This document shows positions 12,605 to 28,891 of a DNA stretch of 64,000 bases, in pieces. This DNA comes from Tubulanus polymorphus. Its lineage: Eukaryota > Animalia > Nemertea. The DNA lies in NCBI RefSeq assembly GCF_964204645.1, contig NC_134026.1, positions 10,625,950 through 10,689,949 on the forward strand, given 5' to 3'. The notes under the pieces are model-generated. The model saw only the letters and a list, made by a program, of their open reading frames with translations. It was not told the DNA's origin and searched no databases. The position numbers and the translations under genes were made by a program. Position 1 is the stretch's first letter. Each line of letters begins with the position of its first letter.

Positions 12605-15600
12605 AAAAGAATTGTCGCGGGCGACAGAACCAAACTAATGAATTGTCGCGGGCGATAAAACCAAACTAATGAATTGTCGCGGGCGATAAAACAAAAATAT
12701 TGAATTGTCGCGGGCGATAAAACCAAAATAATGAATTGTCTCGGGCGATAAAACCAAAATAATGAATTGTCGGGGTGACAAAACCAAAATAATGAATTGT
12801 CACGGGCGATAAAACCAAAATATTGAATTGTCGCAGGCGATAAAACCAAAATAATGAATTGTCGGGGGCAACAAAACCAAAATATTGAATTGTCGCGGGC
12901 GACAAAAACAAAGCATAAAACGAAAATAATGAATTGTCGCGGGCGTCAAAACCAAAAACAAGAATTGTCGCGGGCGACAAAACCAAAATAATGAATTGTC
13001 GCTGGAGATAAAACCAAAATATTGAATTGTCGCGGGCGACAAAACCAAAATATTGAATTGTCGCGGGCGACAAAACCAAAAAAAAAATTGTCGGGGCGAC
13101 AAAACCAAAATAATGAATTGTCGCGGGCGATAAAACCAAAATAATGAATTGTCGCGGGCGATAAAACCAAAATAATGAATTGTCGCGGGCGACAAAACCA
13201 AAATGGTGAATTGTCGCGGGCGACAAAACCAGAATAATGAATTGTCGCGGGCGATAAAACAGTAATAATGAATTGTCGCGGGCAACAAAACCAAAATATT
13301 GAATTATCGCGGGCGATAAAACCAAAATATTGAATTGTCGCGGGCGATTAAACCAAAAAGAAGAATTGTCGCGGGCGACAAAACCAAAATAATGAATTGT
13401 CGCTGGAGATAAAACCAAAGTAATGAATTGTCGCGGGCGATAAAACCAAAATACTGAATTGTCGCGGGTGACAAAACCAAACTAATGAATTGTCGCGGGC
13501 GACAAAACCAAAAAAAGAATTGTCGGGGCAACAAAACCAAAATAATGAATTGTCTCGGGCGACAAAACCAAAATATTGAATTGTCGCGGGCGACAAAACC
13601 AAAAAAAAATTGTCGCGGGCGACTAAAACAAAATATAAAACCAAAATAATGAATTGTCGCGGGCGACAAAACCAAAAAGAAGAATTGTCGCGGGCGACAA
13701 AACCAAAAAGAAGAATTGTCGCGGGCGACAAAACCAAAATAATGAATTGTCGCTGGAGATAAAACCAAAGTAATGAATTGTCGTGGGCGATAAAACCAAA
13801 ATACTGAATTGTCGCGGGTGACAAAACCAAACTAATGAATTGTCGCGGGCGACAAAACCAAAAAAAGAATTGTCGGGGCAACAAAACCAAAATAATGAAT
13901 TGTCGCGGACGACAAAATTAAAATATTGAATTGTCGCGGGCGACAAAACCAAAATATTGAATTGTCGCGGGCGACAAAACAAAAAAAAAAATTGTCGCGG
14001 GCGAGTAAAACAAAATATAAAACCAAAATAATGAATTGTCGCGGGCGACAAAACCAAAAAGAAGAATTGTCGCGGGCGACAAAACCAAAATAATGAATTG
14101 TCGCTGGAGATAAAACCAAAGTAATGAATTGTCGTGGGCGATAAAACCAAAATACTGAATTGTCGCGGGTGACAAAACCAAACTAATGAATTGTCGCGGG
14201 CGACAAAACCAAACTAATGAATTGTCGCGGGCGATAAAACCAAAATAATGAATTGTCGCGGGTGACAAAACCAAAATAATGAATTGTCGCGGGTGACAAA
14301 ACCAAAATGGTGAATTGTCGCGGGCGACAAAACCAAAATGGTGAATTGTCGCGGGCGACAAAACCATAATAAAGAATTGTCGCGGGCGACAAAACCAAAA
14401 GGGTGAATTGTCCAGGTGACAAAACCAAAATGGTGAATTGTCGCGGGCGACAAAACCAAAATAATGAATTGTCGCGGGCGATAAAACCAAAATGATGAAT
14501 TGTCTTGGGCGACAAAACCAAAATAATGAATTGTCGCCGGCGATAAAACCAAAATAATGAATTATCGCGGGCGATTAAACCAAAATATTGAATTGTCGCG
14601 GGCGATTAAACCAAAATAATGAATTGTCGCGGACGACAAAATTAAAATATTGAATTGTCGCGGGCGACAAAACCAAACTATAAAACCAAAATAATGAATT
14701 GTCGCGGGCGACAAAACCAAAAAGAAGAATTGTCGCGGGCGACAAAACCAAAAAGAAGAATTGTCGCGGGCGACAAAACCAAAATAATGAATTGTCGCTG
14801 GAGATAAAACCAAAGTAATGAATTGGCGCGGGTGATAAAACCAAAATATTGAATTGTCGCGGGCGACAAAACCAAAATATTGAATTGTCGCGGGCGACAA
14901 AACCAAACTAATGAATTGTTGCGGGCGACAAAACCAAAATAATGAATTGTCGCGGGCGATAAAACCAAAATAATGAATTGTCGCGGGCGATAAAACCAAA
15001 ATAATGAATTGTCGCGGGTGACAAAACCAAAATGGTGAATTGTCGCGGGCGACAAAACCAAAATGGTGAATTGTCGAGGGCGACAAAACCAAAATAATGA
15101 ATTGTTGCGGGCGATAAAACCAAAATATTGAATTTTCGCGGGCGACAAAACCAAAATGATGAATTGTCGCGGGCGACAAAACCAAAATAATGAATTGTCG
15201 CAAGCGATAAAACCAAAATAATGAATTGTCGCGGGCGATAAAACCAAAATATTGAATTGTCGCGTGTGACAAAACCAAAATAATGAATTGTCGCGGGCGA
15301 CAAAATCAAAATCATTGTTTTCTCGCGTTATTTTAGTTTTGTCGTTTTGTCGTCATGTCGCCCTCATTTGCATATTCGTGTTTTTTTATCTTATCAGCCA
15401 CCATACTAAAGCCTTAAGGTCGCGTAAAACTCGATAAACACTTCAAGCGACACAGCGAACGATCTTCTTTCCCCCACAGCGAGCGCTTACTCCGAATGTC
15501 AAGTGTGAGTCCAGCATACGGATAGGAGTGTGTTATATACTTGTATTTAGTAAATACCTTGTGCATTTGACAATGATCGGTATGTACTGTAGGAAATATA

Positions 15601-17031
15601 GAGTATTGATAAATGGTTGAAGCCCGCGGCCGAATAAAGTAATATATTCTTTTATTTTGATACCTCGTCGACATAACAGCTTTTCTCCGCCATATCTCTT
15701 CGGCCTGTTTAGTTTAGGCCTACGATTCCCCGGTACACTAAAGATTTATCTTTGTAAATACACGGTTAATTCGGTAAAGAAAAATAGGTATTGTTATACT
15801 AACTCCTTGAAACCCGCAGCCAAATCACTGGTAGTAATAAATTAATTTGTACTCGATTTGATTCTCATGATGAGGAGAAACTCGCAGCTCATCCCCGGAA
15901 CGTCGATGTAGTAACACACGTCGATTCGTCGATGTTTACGGCTCGACAGTGCTTTTAAAATCTAAAGTAGTAAATTTCCAGTGTATCGGTAATATGATTT
16001 GATGAGGAAAATGGGCTATTGTTAAAATCAGTTTGAAGACCGCGACTGAATGTGAAGTCTGCGGCAATAAATTAGTTCATTTATACTTGAATTGATAATC
16101 GAAGTGACAGTCGGCCTGCGGGTTGATTTCGGGATGACGACTCGAAAAACATGTCGCCCCATTGAATGGGGCTAAATTTTCGATGTTTCCAGCCCGACAG
16201 CGCTTTTGTAACGATGATTCGTGAAAAAACACGCGGGCTATTTGTAGATCTCAGTGAGCTGAACGATATTATATGGATTGTATATGAAACAGCGGTAAGG
16301 TAACAAAGCCTATGTTCTTTTGGTAAAAATAGTGTGGAAGAAAATAATAATAAATATAGCTGCAAAGCAGCGATAACGGGTTTTCTGCACAGTCTTAGAA
16401 TCCTGTCCAACGGTGGATTTCAACAAAGCATTTGATAAGGCTCAACATCAGCCATTACTAAACAGGCTATTAGGAAACAGTATCAATGATAGGTTGCCCA
16501 AATGGCTCAGCAGTTATCTCTGAACGGAAACTTGTAACCGAAATCAACGGAACGCCTCATCTTGGAATGAGACGGTCTAACTAGTGGAGTCACGCAAGGT
16601 AGTATCCTAAGTCGTCTTCTGTTTAATGTCCCGACAAATGACATACACAGTAATCCAAAATATACCAGACCGAGTAAATTTCCAAAACGACCTTACCACA
16701 CTGTTCGACCAAAAAACTTAATGTTCCGAAAAAACCACGGGGACAAAACCAAAATAATGAATTGTCGCGGGTGACAAAACCAAAATATTGAATTGTCACG
16801 GGCGACAAAACAAAAATAATGAATTGTCGAGGGTGATAAAACCAAAATAATGAATTGTCGCGGGCGATAAAACCACAATAATGAATTGTCGCGGGCGGTA
16901 AAACCAAAATATTGAATTGTCGCGGCGATAAAACCAAAATAATGAATTGTCGCGGACGACAAAAACAAGATATTGAATTGTTGCGTGCGACAAAACCAGA
17001 ATAATGAATTGTCGTGGGCGACAAAACCAAA

Positions 17032-18455
17032 CTAGGGGTCCAGGGACACCATGCTCACTTGGGAAGTGGTTTCAAATGCTCAACAATCTAAAAATTTCAA
17101 TACACAACGCCCTCTAGTGACCATATACAAAAACCAATGACCTTGAAAACCACCACAATCATAGAACATGTGAGCAGCTATGATTTTGTAATTGATTGTG
17201 AAATATGCCTCGTCACCAATTTAATTTGGAAATACTAAGTTATTCTACTATTCAACGCCCCTGGTGACCATATGCAAAACCCAATGACCTTAAAACTCAC
17301 CACAATCGTAGTACATGTCATGAAATGCAACTTTGCAATTGATCATAGTAACAAAATATGCCTAGGTACCAATCTAATAAGGAAATACTAAGCCATTCTA
17401 CTATTCAACGCCCCCTGGTGACTATATGGAATAACTAATGTCCTTAAAAACTCACCACAATCATAGACGATGTCATGATCTACAACTTTGCAATGGATCA
17501 TGGTAACAAACTATGCCTAGGTACGAATCTAATAAGGAAACACTGAGCTTTTCTACTATTCAACGCCCCCTGGTGACTATATGGAATAACTAATGTCCTT
17601 AAAAACTCACAACAATCATAGACGATGTCATGAACTACAGCTTCGCAATTGATCATGGTAACAAAATATGCCTTGGTACAAATATAATATAGCAATACTA
17701 AGTTATTGTATTATTCAACGCCCCCTGATGGCAACATACTAAAACCAATGACCTTGAAACTCACCAAAATCATAGAACACGTTATGGGCTACAACTTTCC
17801 AATTGAATATAGTAACACAATATGCTTAGGTATCGATTTAATGTGGGAAAACTTTTTCCCACCTACGAATGAGTACTGATGACACCAAGATGGCCGCCAA
17901 TTGCGTCATAATTGGCTGATCAAAAATACCTGTCCCAGGTATAAAACATCCCTCTCTAAGGAATAACCATCAGCAATTGCAATGAGAAATGGCAAACCAG
18001 TAGGAAGTTACAGGACCTAGAATTCTGGCCAAAATTGACATTTTTGGGCACTAAAAAGGTCATAGGACGGCCATCTTGAGTCAGATCGACCCAATTTTCT
18101 TATGCTGATGGGCCTTTGGTAGATTCAAATATAAACGAAAGATCAAGGTAATTGATCAAAGCGTTGAAGACGCTTTGATCAATAACCTTGATCTTTCGTT
18201 TATATTCGAAAATGTTTAAAAAGTGCTGATTTTGGCAAACAACAATGGCTGCCAGTCGGCCATCTTTAATCTGACAGGGCCTGATTTTGGGCTGACGATG
18301 TGTCTAGGGTAGGTACATGTATAAACCAAATATCAAGACATTACCTTGAAGCGTCTTCAAAACGTCCCAAAATACCTGGATTCCGTCTATAGACGGACGG
18401 ACGGACGAAAAGTGAACACAATAGCCCGCTGGGACTAAAGTCCCAAGTGGACTGG
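17032..18455 (+). mobile_element. HINE-like element, type A copy
   Basis: Essentially identical to 11181-12604 at offset 5851. Confidence 0.75.
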
Positions 18456-21400
18456 AAAAGAATTGTCGCGGGCGACAGAACCAAACTAATGAATTGTCGC
18501 GGGCGATAAAACCAAACTAATGAATTGTCGCGGGCGATAAAACAAAAATATTGAATTGTCGCGGGCGATAAAACCAAAATAATGAATTGTCTCGGGCGAT
18601 AAAACCAAAATAATGAATTGTCGGGGTGACAAAACCAAAATAATGAATTGTCACGGGCGATAAAACCAAAATATTGAATTGTCGCAGGCGATAAAACCAA
18701 AATAATGAATTGTCGGGGGCAACAAAACCAAAATATTGAATTGTCGCGGGCGACAAAAACAAAGCATAAAACGAAAATAATGAATTGTCGCGGGCGTCAA
18801 AACCAAAAACAAGAATTGTCGCGGGCGACAAAACCAAAATAATGAATTGTCGCTGGAGATAAAACCAAAATATTGAATTGTCGCGGGCGACAAAACCAAA
18901 ATATTGAATTGTCGCGGGCGACAAAACCAAAAAAAAAATTGTCGGGGCGACAAAACCAAAATAATGAATTGTCGCGGGCGATAAAACCAAAATAATGAAT
19001 TGTCGCGGGCGATAAAACCAAAATAATGAATTGTCGCGGGCGACAAAACCAAAATGGTGAATTGTCGCGGGCGACAAAACCAGAATAATGAATTGTCGCG
19101 GGCGATAAAACAGTAATAATGAATTGTCGCGGGCAACAAAACCAAAATATTGAATTATCGCGGGCGATAAAACCAAAATATTGAATTGTCGCGGGCGATT
19201 AAACCAAAAAGAAGAATTGTCGCGGGCGACAAAACCAAAATAATGAATTGTCGCTGGAGATAAAACCAAAGTAATGAATTGTCGCGGGCGATAAAACCAA
19301 AATACTGAATTGTCGCGGGTGACAAAACCAAACTAATGAATTGTCGCGGGCGACAAAACCAAAAAAAGAATTGTCGGGGCAACAAAACCATAATAATGAA
19401 TTGTCTCGGGCGACAAAACCAAAATATTGAATTGTCGCGGGCGACAAAACCAAAAAAAAATTGTCGCGGGCGACAAAAACAAAATATAAAACCAAAATAA
19501 TGAATTGTCGCGGGCGACAAAACCAAAAAGAAGAATTGTCGCGGGCGACAAAACCAAAAAGAAGAATTGTCGCGGGCGACAAAACCAAAATAATGAATTG
19601 TCGCTGGAGATAAAACCAAAGTAATGAATTGTCGTGGGCGATAAAACCAAAATACTGAATTGTCGCGGGTGACAAAACCAAACTAATGAATTGTCGCGGG
19701 CGACAAAACCAAAAAAAGAATTGTCGGGGCAACAAAACCAAAATAATGAATTGTCGCGGACGACAAAATTAAAATATTGAATTGTCGCGGGCGACAAAAC
19801 CAAAATATTGAATTGTCGCGGGCGACAAAACCAAAAAAAAAATTGTCGCGGGCGAGTAAAACAAAATATAAAACCAAAATAATGAATTGTCGCGGGCGAC
19901 AAAACCAAAAAGAAGAATTGTCGCGGGCGACAAAACCAAAATAATGAATTGTCGCTGGAGATAAAACCAAAGTAATGAATTGTCGTGGGCGATAAAACCA
20001 AAATACTGAATTGTCGCGGGTGACAAAACCAAACTAATGAATTGTCGCGGGCGACAAAACCAAACTAATGAATTGTCGCGGGCGATAAAACCAAAATAAT
20101 GAATTGTCGCGGGTGACAAAACCAAAATAATGAATTGTCGCGGGTGACAAAACCAAAATGGTGAATTGTCGCGGGCGACAAAACCAAAATGGTGAATTGT
20201 CGCGGGCGACAAAACCATAATAAAGAATTGTCGCGGGCGACAAAACCAAAAGGGTGAATTGTCCAGGTGACAAAACCAAAATGGTGAATTGTCGCGGGCG
20301 ACAAAACCAAAATAATGAATTGTCGCGGGCGATAAAACCAAAATGATGAATTGTCTTGGGCGACAAAACCAAAATAATGAATTGTCGCCGGCGATAAAAC
20401 CAAAATAATGAATTATCGCGGGCGATTAAACCAAAATATTGAATTGTCGCGGGCGATTAAACCAAAATAATGAATTGTCGCGGACGACAAAATTAAAATA
20501 TTGAATTGTCGCGGGCGACAAAACCAAACTATAAAACCAAAATAATGAATTGTCGCGGGCGACAAAACCAAAAAGAAGAATTGTCGCGGGCGACAAAACC
20601 AAAAAGAAGAATTGTCGCGGGCGACAAAACCAAAATAATGAATTGTCGCTGGAGATAAAACCAAAGTAATGAATTGGCGCGGGTGATAAAACCAAAATAT
20701 TGAATTGTCGCGGGCGACAAAACCAAAATATTGAATTGTCGCGGGCGACAAAACCAAACTAATGAATTGTTGCGGGCGACAAAACCAAAATAATGAATTG
20801 TCGCGGGCGATAAAACCAAAATAATGAATTGTCGCGGGCGATAAAACCAAAATAATGAATTGTCGCGGGTGACAAAACCAAAATGGTGAATTGTCGCGGG
20901 CGACAAAACCAAAATGGTGAATTGTCGAGGGCGACAAAACCAAAATAATGAATTGTTGCGGGCGATAAAACCAAAATATTGAATTTTCGCGGGCGACAAA
21001 ACCAAAATGATGAATTGTCGCGGGCGACAAAACCAAAATAATGAATTGTCGCAAGCGATAAAACCAAAATAATGAATTGTCGCGGGCGATAAAACCAAAA
21101 TATTGAATTGTCGCGTGTGACAAAACCAAAATAATGAATTGTCGCGGGCGACAAAATCAAAATCATTGTTTTCTCGCGTTATTTTAGTTTTGTCGTTTTG
21201 TCGTCATGTCGCCCTCATTTGCATATTCGTGTTTTTTTATCTTATCAGCCACCATACTAAAGCCTTAAGGTCGCGTAAAACTCGATAAACACTTCAAGCG
21301 ACACAGCGAACGATCTTCTTTCCCCCACAGCGAGCGCTTACTCCGAATGTCAAGTGTGAGTCCAGCATACGGATAGGAGTGTGTTATATACTTGTATTTA

Positions 21401-22882
21401 GTAAATACCTTGTGCATTTGACAATGATCGGTATGTACTGTAGGAAATATAGAGTATTGATAAATGGTTGAAGCCCGCGGCCGAATAAAGTAATATATTC
21501 TTTTATTTTGATACCTCGTCGACATAACAGCTTTTCTCCGCCATATCTCTTCGGCCTGTTTAGTTTAGGCCTACGATTCCCCGGTACACTAAAGATTTAT
21601 CTTTGTAAATACACGGTTAATTCGGTAAAGAAAAATAGGTATTGTTATACTAACTCCTTGAAACCCGCAGCCAAATCACTGGTAGTAATAAATTAATTTG
21701 TACTCGATTTGATTCTCATGATGAGGAGAAACTCGCAGCTCATCCCCGGAACGTCGATGTAGTAACACACGTCGATTCGTCGATGTTTACGGCTCGACAG
21801 TGCTTTTAAAATCTAAAGTAGTAAATTTCCAGTGTATCGGTAATATGATTTGATGAGGAAAATGGGCTATTGTTAAAATCAGTTTGAAGACCGCGACTGA
21901 ATGTGAAGTCTGCGGCAATAAATTAGTTCATTTATACTTGAATTGATAATCGAAGTGACAGTCGGCCTGCGGGTTGATTTCGGGATGACGACTCGAAAAA
22001 CATGTCGCCCCATTGAATGGGGCTAAATTTTCGATGTTTCCAGCCCGACAGCGCTTTTGTAACGATGATTCGTGAAAAAACACGCGGGCTATTTGTAGAT
22101 CTCAGTGAGCTGAACGATATTATATGGATTGTATATGAAACAGCGGTAAGGTAACAAAGCCTATGTTCTTTTGGTAAAAATAGTGTGGAAGAAAATAATA
22201 ATAAATATAGCTGCAAAGCAGCGATAACGGGTTTTCTGCACAGTCTTAGAATCCTGTCCAACGGTGGATTTCAACAAAGCATTTGATAAGGCTCAACATC
22301 AGCCATTACTAAAGAGGCTATTAGGAAACAGTATCAATGATAGGTCGCCCAAATGGCTCAGCAGTTATCTCTGAACGGAAACTTGTAACCGAAATCAACG
22401 GAACGCCTCATCTTGGAATGAGACGGTCTAACTAGTGGAGTCACGCAAGGTAGTATCCTAAGTCGTCTTCTGTTTAATGTCCCGACAAATGACATACACA
22501 GTAATCCAAAATATACCAGACCGAGTAAATTTCCAAAACGACCTTACCACACTGTTCGACCAAAAAACTTAATGTTCCGAAAAAACCACGGGGACAAAAC
22601 CAAAATAATGAATTGTCGCGGGTGACAAAACCAAAATATTGAATTGTCACGGGCGACAAAACAAAAATAATGAATTGTCGAGGGTGATAAAACCAAAATA
22701 ATGAATTGTCGCGGGCGATAAAACCACAATAATGAATTGTCGCGGGCGGTAAAACCAAAATATTGAATTGTCGCGGCGATAAAACCAAAATAATGAATTG
22801 TCGCGGACGACAAAAACAAGATATTGAATTGTTGCGTGCGACAAAACCAGAATAATGAATTGTCGTGGGCGACAAAACCAAA

Positions 22883-24306
22883 CTAGGGGTCCAGGGACAC
22901 CATGCTCACTTGGGAAGTGGTTTCAAATGCTCAACAATCTAAAAATTTCAATACACAACGCCCTCTAGTGACCATATACAAAAACCAATGACCTTGAAAA
23001 CCACCACAATCATAGAACATGTGAGCAGCTATGATTTTGTAATTGATTGTGAAATATGCCTCGTCACCAATTTAATTTGGAAATACTAAGTTATTCTACT
23101 ATTCAACGCCCCTGGTGACCATATGCAAAACCCAATGACCTTAAAACTCACCACAATCGTAGTACATGTCATGAAATGCAACTTTGCAATTGATCATAGT
23201 AACAAAATATGCCTAGGTACCAATCTAATAAGGAAATACTAAGCCATTCTACTATTCAACGCCCCCTGGTGACTATATGGAATAACTAATGTCCTTAAAA
23301 ACTCACCACAATCATAGACGATGTCATGATCTACAACTTTGCAATGGATCATGGTAACAAACTATGCCTAGGTACGAATCTAATAAGGAAACACTGAGCT
23401 TTTCTACTATTCAACGCCCCCTGGTGACTATATGGAATAACTAATGTCCTTAAAAACTCACAACAATCATAGACGATGTCATGAACTACAGCTTCGCAAT
23501 TGATCATGGTAACAAAATATGCCTTGGTACAAATATAATATAGCAATACTAAGTTATTGTATTATTCAACGCCCCCTGATGGCAACATACTAAAACCAAT
23601 GACCTTGAAACTCACCAAAATCATAGAACACGTTATGGGCTACAACTTTCCAATTGAATATAGTAACACAATATGCTTAGGTATCGATTTAATGTGGGAA
23701 AACTTTTTCCCACCTACGAATGAGTACTGATGACACCAAGATGGCCGCCAATTGCGTCATAATTGGCTGATCAAAAATACCTGTCCCAGGTATAAAACAT
23801 CCCTCTCTAAGGAATAACCATCAGCAATTGCAATGAGAAATGGCAAACCAGTAGGAAGTTACAGGACCTAGAATTCTGGCCAAAATTGACATTTTTGGGC
23901 ACTAAAAAGGTCATAGGACGGCCATCTTGAGTCAGATCGACCCAATTTTCTTATGCTGATGGGCCTTTGGTAGATTCAAATATAAACGAAAGATCAAGGT
24001 AATTGATCAAAGCGTTGAAGACGCTTTGATCAATAACCTTGATCTTTCGTTTATATTCGAAAATGTTTAAAAAGTGCTGATTTTGGCAAACAACAATGGC
24101 TGCCAGTCGGCCATCTTTAATCTGACAGGGCCTGATTTTGGGCTGACGATGTGTCTAGGGTAGGTACATGTATAAACCAAATATCAAGACATTACCTTGA
24201 AGCGTCTTCAAAACGTCCCAAAATACCTGGATTCCGTCTATAGACGGACGGACGGACGAAAAGTGAACACAATAGCCCGCTGGGACTAAAGACCCAAGTG
24301 GACTGG
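22883..24306 (+). mobile_element. HINE-like element, type A copy
   Basis: Essentially identical to 11181-12604, with one substitution in the terminal hairpin (GGGACTAAAGACCC). Confidence 0.75.
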
Positions 24307-27300
24307 AAAAGAATTGTCGCGGGCGACAGAACCAAACTAATGAATTGTCGCGGGCGATAAAACCAAACTAATGAATTGTCGCGGGCGATAAAACAAAAAT
24401 ATTGAATTGTCGCGGGCGATAAAACCAAAATAATGAATTGTCTCGGGCGATAAAACCAAAATAATGAATTGTCGGGGTGACAAAACCAAAATAATGAATT
24501 GTCACGGGCGATAAAACCAAAATATTGAATTGTCGCAGGCGATAAAACCAAAATAATGAATTGTCGGGGGCAACAAAACCAAAATATTGAATTGTCGCGG
24601 GCGACAAAAACAAAGCATAAAACGAAAATAATGAATTGTCGCGGGCGTCAAAACCAAAAACAAGAATTGTCGCGGGCGACAAAACCAAAATAATGAATTG
24701 TCGCTGGAGATAAAACCAAAATATTGAATTGTCGCGGGCGACAAAACCAAAATATTGAATTGTCGCGGGCGACAAAACCAAAAAAAAAATTGTCGGGGCG
24801 ACAAAACCAAAATAATGAATTGTCGCGGGCGATAAAACCAAAATAATGAATTGTCGCGGGCGATAAAACCAAAATAATGAATTGTCGCGGGCGACAAAAC
24901 CAAAATGGTGAATTGTCGCGGGCGACAAAACCAGAATAATGAATTGTCGCGGGCGATAAAACAGTAATAATGAATTGTCGCGGGCAACAAAACCAAAATA
25001 TTGAATTGTCGCGGGCGACAAAACCAAAAAAAAAAAAATTGTTGCGGGCGACAAATACAAAGTATAAAACGAAAATAATGAATTGTCGTGGGCGTCAAAA
25101 CCAAAAACAAGAATTGTCGCGGGCGACAAAACCAAAATAATGAATTGTCGCTGGAGATAAAACCAAAGTAATGAATTGTCGTGGGCGATAAAACCAAAAT
25201 ACTGAATTGTCGCGGGTGACAAAACCAAACTAATGAATTGTCGCGGGCGACAAAACCAAAAAAAGAATTGTCGGGGCAACAAAACCAAAATAATGAATTG
25301 TCGCGGGCGATAAAACCAAAATAATGAATTGTCGCGGGTGACAAAACCAAAATGGTGAATTGTCGCGGGCGACAAAACCAAAATGATGAATTGTCTCGGG
25401 CGACAAAACCAAAATAATGAATTGTCGCCGGCGATAAAACCAAAATAATGAATTATTGCGGGCGATTAAACCAAAATATTGAATTGTCGCGGGCGATTAA
25501 ACCAAAATAATGAATTGTCGCGGACGACAAAATTAAAATATTGAATTGTCGCGGGCGACAAAACCAAAATATTGAATTGTCGCGGGCGACAAAACCAAAA
25601 AAAAAATATTCGCGGGCGACTAAAACAAAATATAAAACCAAAATAATGAATTGTCGCGGGCGACAAAACCAAAATAATGAATTGTCGCCGGCGATAAAAC
25701 CAAAATAATGAATTATTGCGGGCGATTAAACCAAAATACTGAATTGTCGCGGGCGACAAAACCAAAATATTGAATTGTCGCGGGCGACAAAACCAAAAAA
25801 AAAAATTGTCGCGGGCGAGTAAAACAAAATATAAAACCAAAATAATGAATTGTCGCGGGCGACAAAACCAAAAAGAAGAATTGTCGCGGGCGACAAAACC
25901 AAAATAATGAATTGTCGCTGGCGACAAAACCAAAATAATGAATTGTCGCTGGAGATAAAACCAAAGTAATGAATTGTCGTGGGCGATAAAACCAAAATAC
26001 TGAATTGTCGCGGGCGACAAAACCAAAATATTGAATTGTCGCGGGCGACAAAACCAAAAAAAAAATTGTCGCGGGCGAGTAAAACAAAATATAAAACCAA
26101 AATAATGAATTGTCGCGGGCGACAAAACCAAAAAGAAGAATTGTCGCGGGCGACAAAACCAAAATAATGAATTGTCGCTGGAGATAAAACCAAAGTAATG
26201 AATTGTCGTGGGCGATAAAACCAAAATACTGAATTGTCGCGGGTGACAAAACCAAACTAATGAATTGTCGCGGGCGACAAAACCAAACTAATGAATTGTC
26301 GCGGGCGATAAAACCAAAATAATGAATTGTCGCGGGTGACAAAACCAAAATAATGAATTGTCGCGGGTGACGAAACCAAAAGGGTGAATTGTCGCGGGCG
26401 ACAAAACCAAAATAATGAATTGTCGCGGGCGATAAAACCAAAATAATGAATTGTCGCGGGCGATAAAACCAAAATGATGAATTGTCTTGGGCGATAAAAC
26501 CAAAATAATGAATTATCGCGGGCGATTAAACCAAAATATTGAATTGTCGCGGGCGATTAAACCAAAATAATGAATTGTTGCGGACGACAAAATTAAAATA
26601 TTGAATTGTCGCGGGCGACAAAACCAAAATATAAAACCAAAATAATGAATTGTCGGGGGCGACAAAACCAAAAAGAAGAATTGTCGCGGGCGACAAAACC
26701 AAAAAGAAGAATTGTCGCGGGCGACAAAACCAAAATAATGAATTGTCGCTGGAGATAAAACCAAAGTAATGAATTGTCGCGGGTGATAAAACCAAAATAT
26801 TGAATTGTCGCGGGTGACAAAACCAAAATATTGAATTGTCGCGGGCGACAAAACCAAACTAATGAATTGTTGCGGGCGACAAAACCAAAATAATGAATTG
26901 TCGCGGGCGATAAAACCAAAATAATGAATTGTCGCGGGCGATAAAACCAAAATAATGAATTGTCGCGGGTGACAAAACTAAAATAATGAATTGTTGCGGG
27001 CGATAAAACCAAAATATTGAATTTTCGCGGGCGACAAAACCAAAATAATGAATTGTCGCAAGCGATAAAACCAAAATAATGAATTGTCGCGGGCGATAAA
27101 ACCAAAATATTGAATTGTCGCGTGTGACAAAACCAAAATAATGAATTGTCGCGGGCGACAAAATCAAAATCATTGTTTTCTCGCGTTATTTTAGTTTTGT
27201 CGTTTTGTCGTCATGTCGCCCTCATTTGCATATTCGTGTTTTTTTTATCTTATCAGCCACCATACTAAAGCCTTAAGGTCGCGTAAAACTCGATAAACAC

Positions 27301-28891
27301 TTCAAGCGACACAGCGAACGATCTTCTTTCCCCCACAGCGAGCGCTTACTCCGAATGTCAAGTGTGAGTCCAGCATACGGATAGGAGTGTGTTATATACT
27401 TGTATTTAGTAAATACCTTGTGCATTTGACAATGATCGGTATGTACTGTAGGAAATATAGAGTATTGATAAATGGTTGAAGCCCGCGGCCGAATAAAGTA
27501 ATATATTCTTTTATTTTGATACCTCGTCGACATAACAGCTTTTCTCCGCCATATCTCTTCGGCCTGTTTAGTTTAGGCCTACGATTCCCCGGTACACTAA
27601 AGATTTATCTTTGTAAATACACGGTTAATTCGGTAAAGAAAAATAGGTATTGTTATACTAACTCCTTGAAACCCGCAGCCAAATCACTGGTAGTAATAAA
27701 TTAATTTGTACTCGATTTGATTCTCATGATGAGGAGAAACTCGCAGCTCATCCCCGGAACGTCGATGTAGTAACACACGTCGATTCGTCGATGTTTACGG
27801 CTCGACAGTGCTTTTAAAATCTAAAGTAGTAAATTTCCAGTGTATCGGTAATATGATTTGATGAGGAAAATGGGCTATTGTTAAAATCAGTTTGAAGACC
27901 GCGACTGAATGTGAAGTCTGCGGCAATAAATCAGTTCATTTATACTTGAATTGATAATCGAAGTGACAGTCGGCCTGCGGGTTGATTTCGGGATGACGAC
28001 TCGAAAAACATGTCGCCCCATTGATTGGGGCTAAATTTTCGATGTTTCCAGCCCGACAGCGCTTTTGTAACGATGATTCGTGAAAAAACACGCGGGCTAT
28101 TTGTAGATCTCAGTGAGCTGAACGATATTATATGGATTGTATATGAAACAGCGGTAAGGTAACAAAGCCTATGTTCTTTTGGTAAAAATAGTGTGGAAGA
28201 AAATAATAATAAATATAGCTGCAAAGCAGCGATAACGGGTTTTCTGCACAGTCTTAGAATCCTGTCCAACGGTGGATCTCAACAAAGCATTTGATAAGGC
28301 TCAACATCAGCCATTACTGAACAGGCTATTAGGAAACAGTACCAATGATAGGTCGCCCAAATGGCACAGCAGTTATCTCTGAACGGAAACTTGTAACCGA
28401 AATCAACGGAACGCCTCATCTTGGAATGAGACGGTCTAACTAGTGGAGTCACGCAAGGTAGTATCCTAAGTCGTCTTCTGTTTAATGTCCCGACAAATGA
28501 CATACACAGTAATCCAAAATATACCAGACCGAGTAAATTTCCAAAACGACCTTAACACACTGTTCGACCAAATAACTTAATGTTCCGACAAAACCACGGG
28601 TGACAAAACCAAAATTATGAATTGTCGCGGGTGACAAAACCAAAATATTGAATTGTCACGGGCGACAAAACAAAAATAATGAATTGTCGAGGGTGATAAA
28701 ACCAAAATAATGAATTGTCGGGGGCGATAAAACCACAATAATGAATTGTCGCGGGCGGTAAAACCAAAATATTGAATTGTCGCGGCGATAAAACCAAAAT
28801 AATGAATTGTCGCGGACGACAAAAACAAGATATTGAATTGTTGCGTGCGACAAAACCAGAATAATGAATTGTCGTGGGCGACAAAACCAAA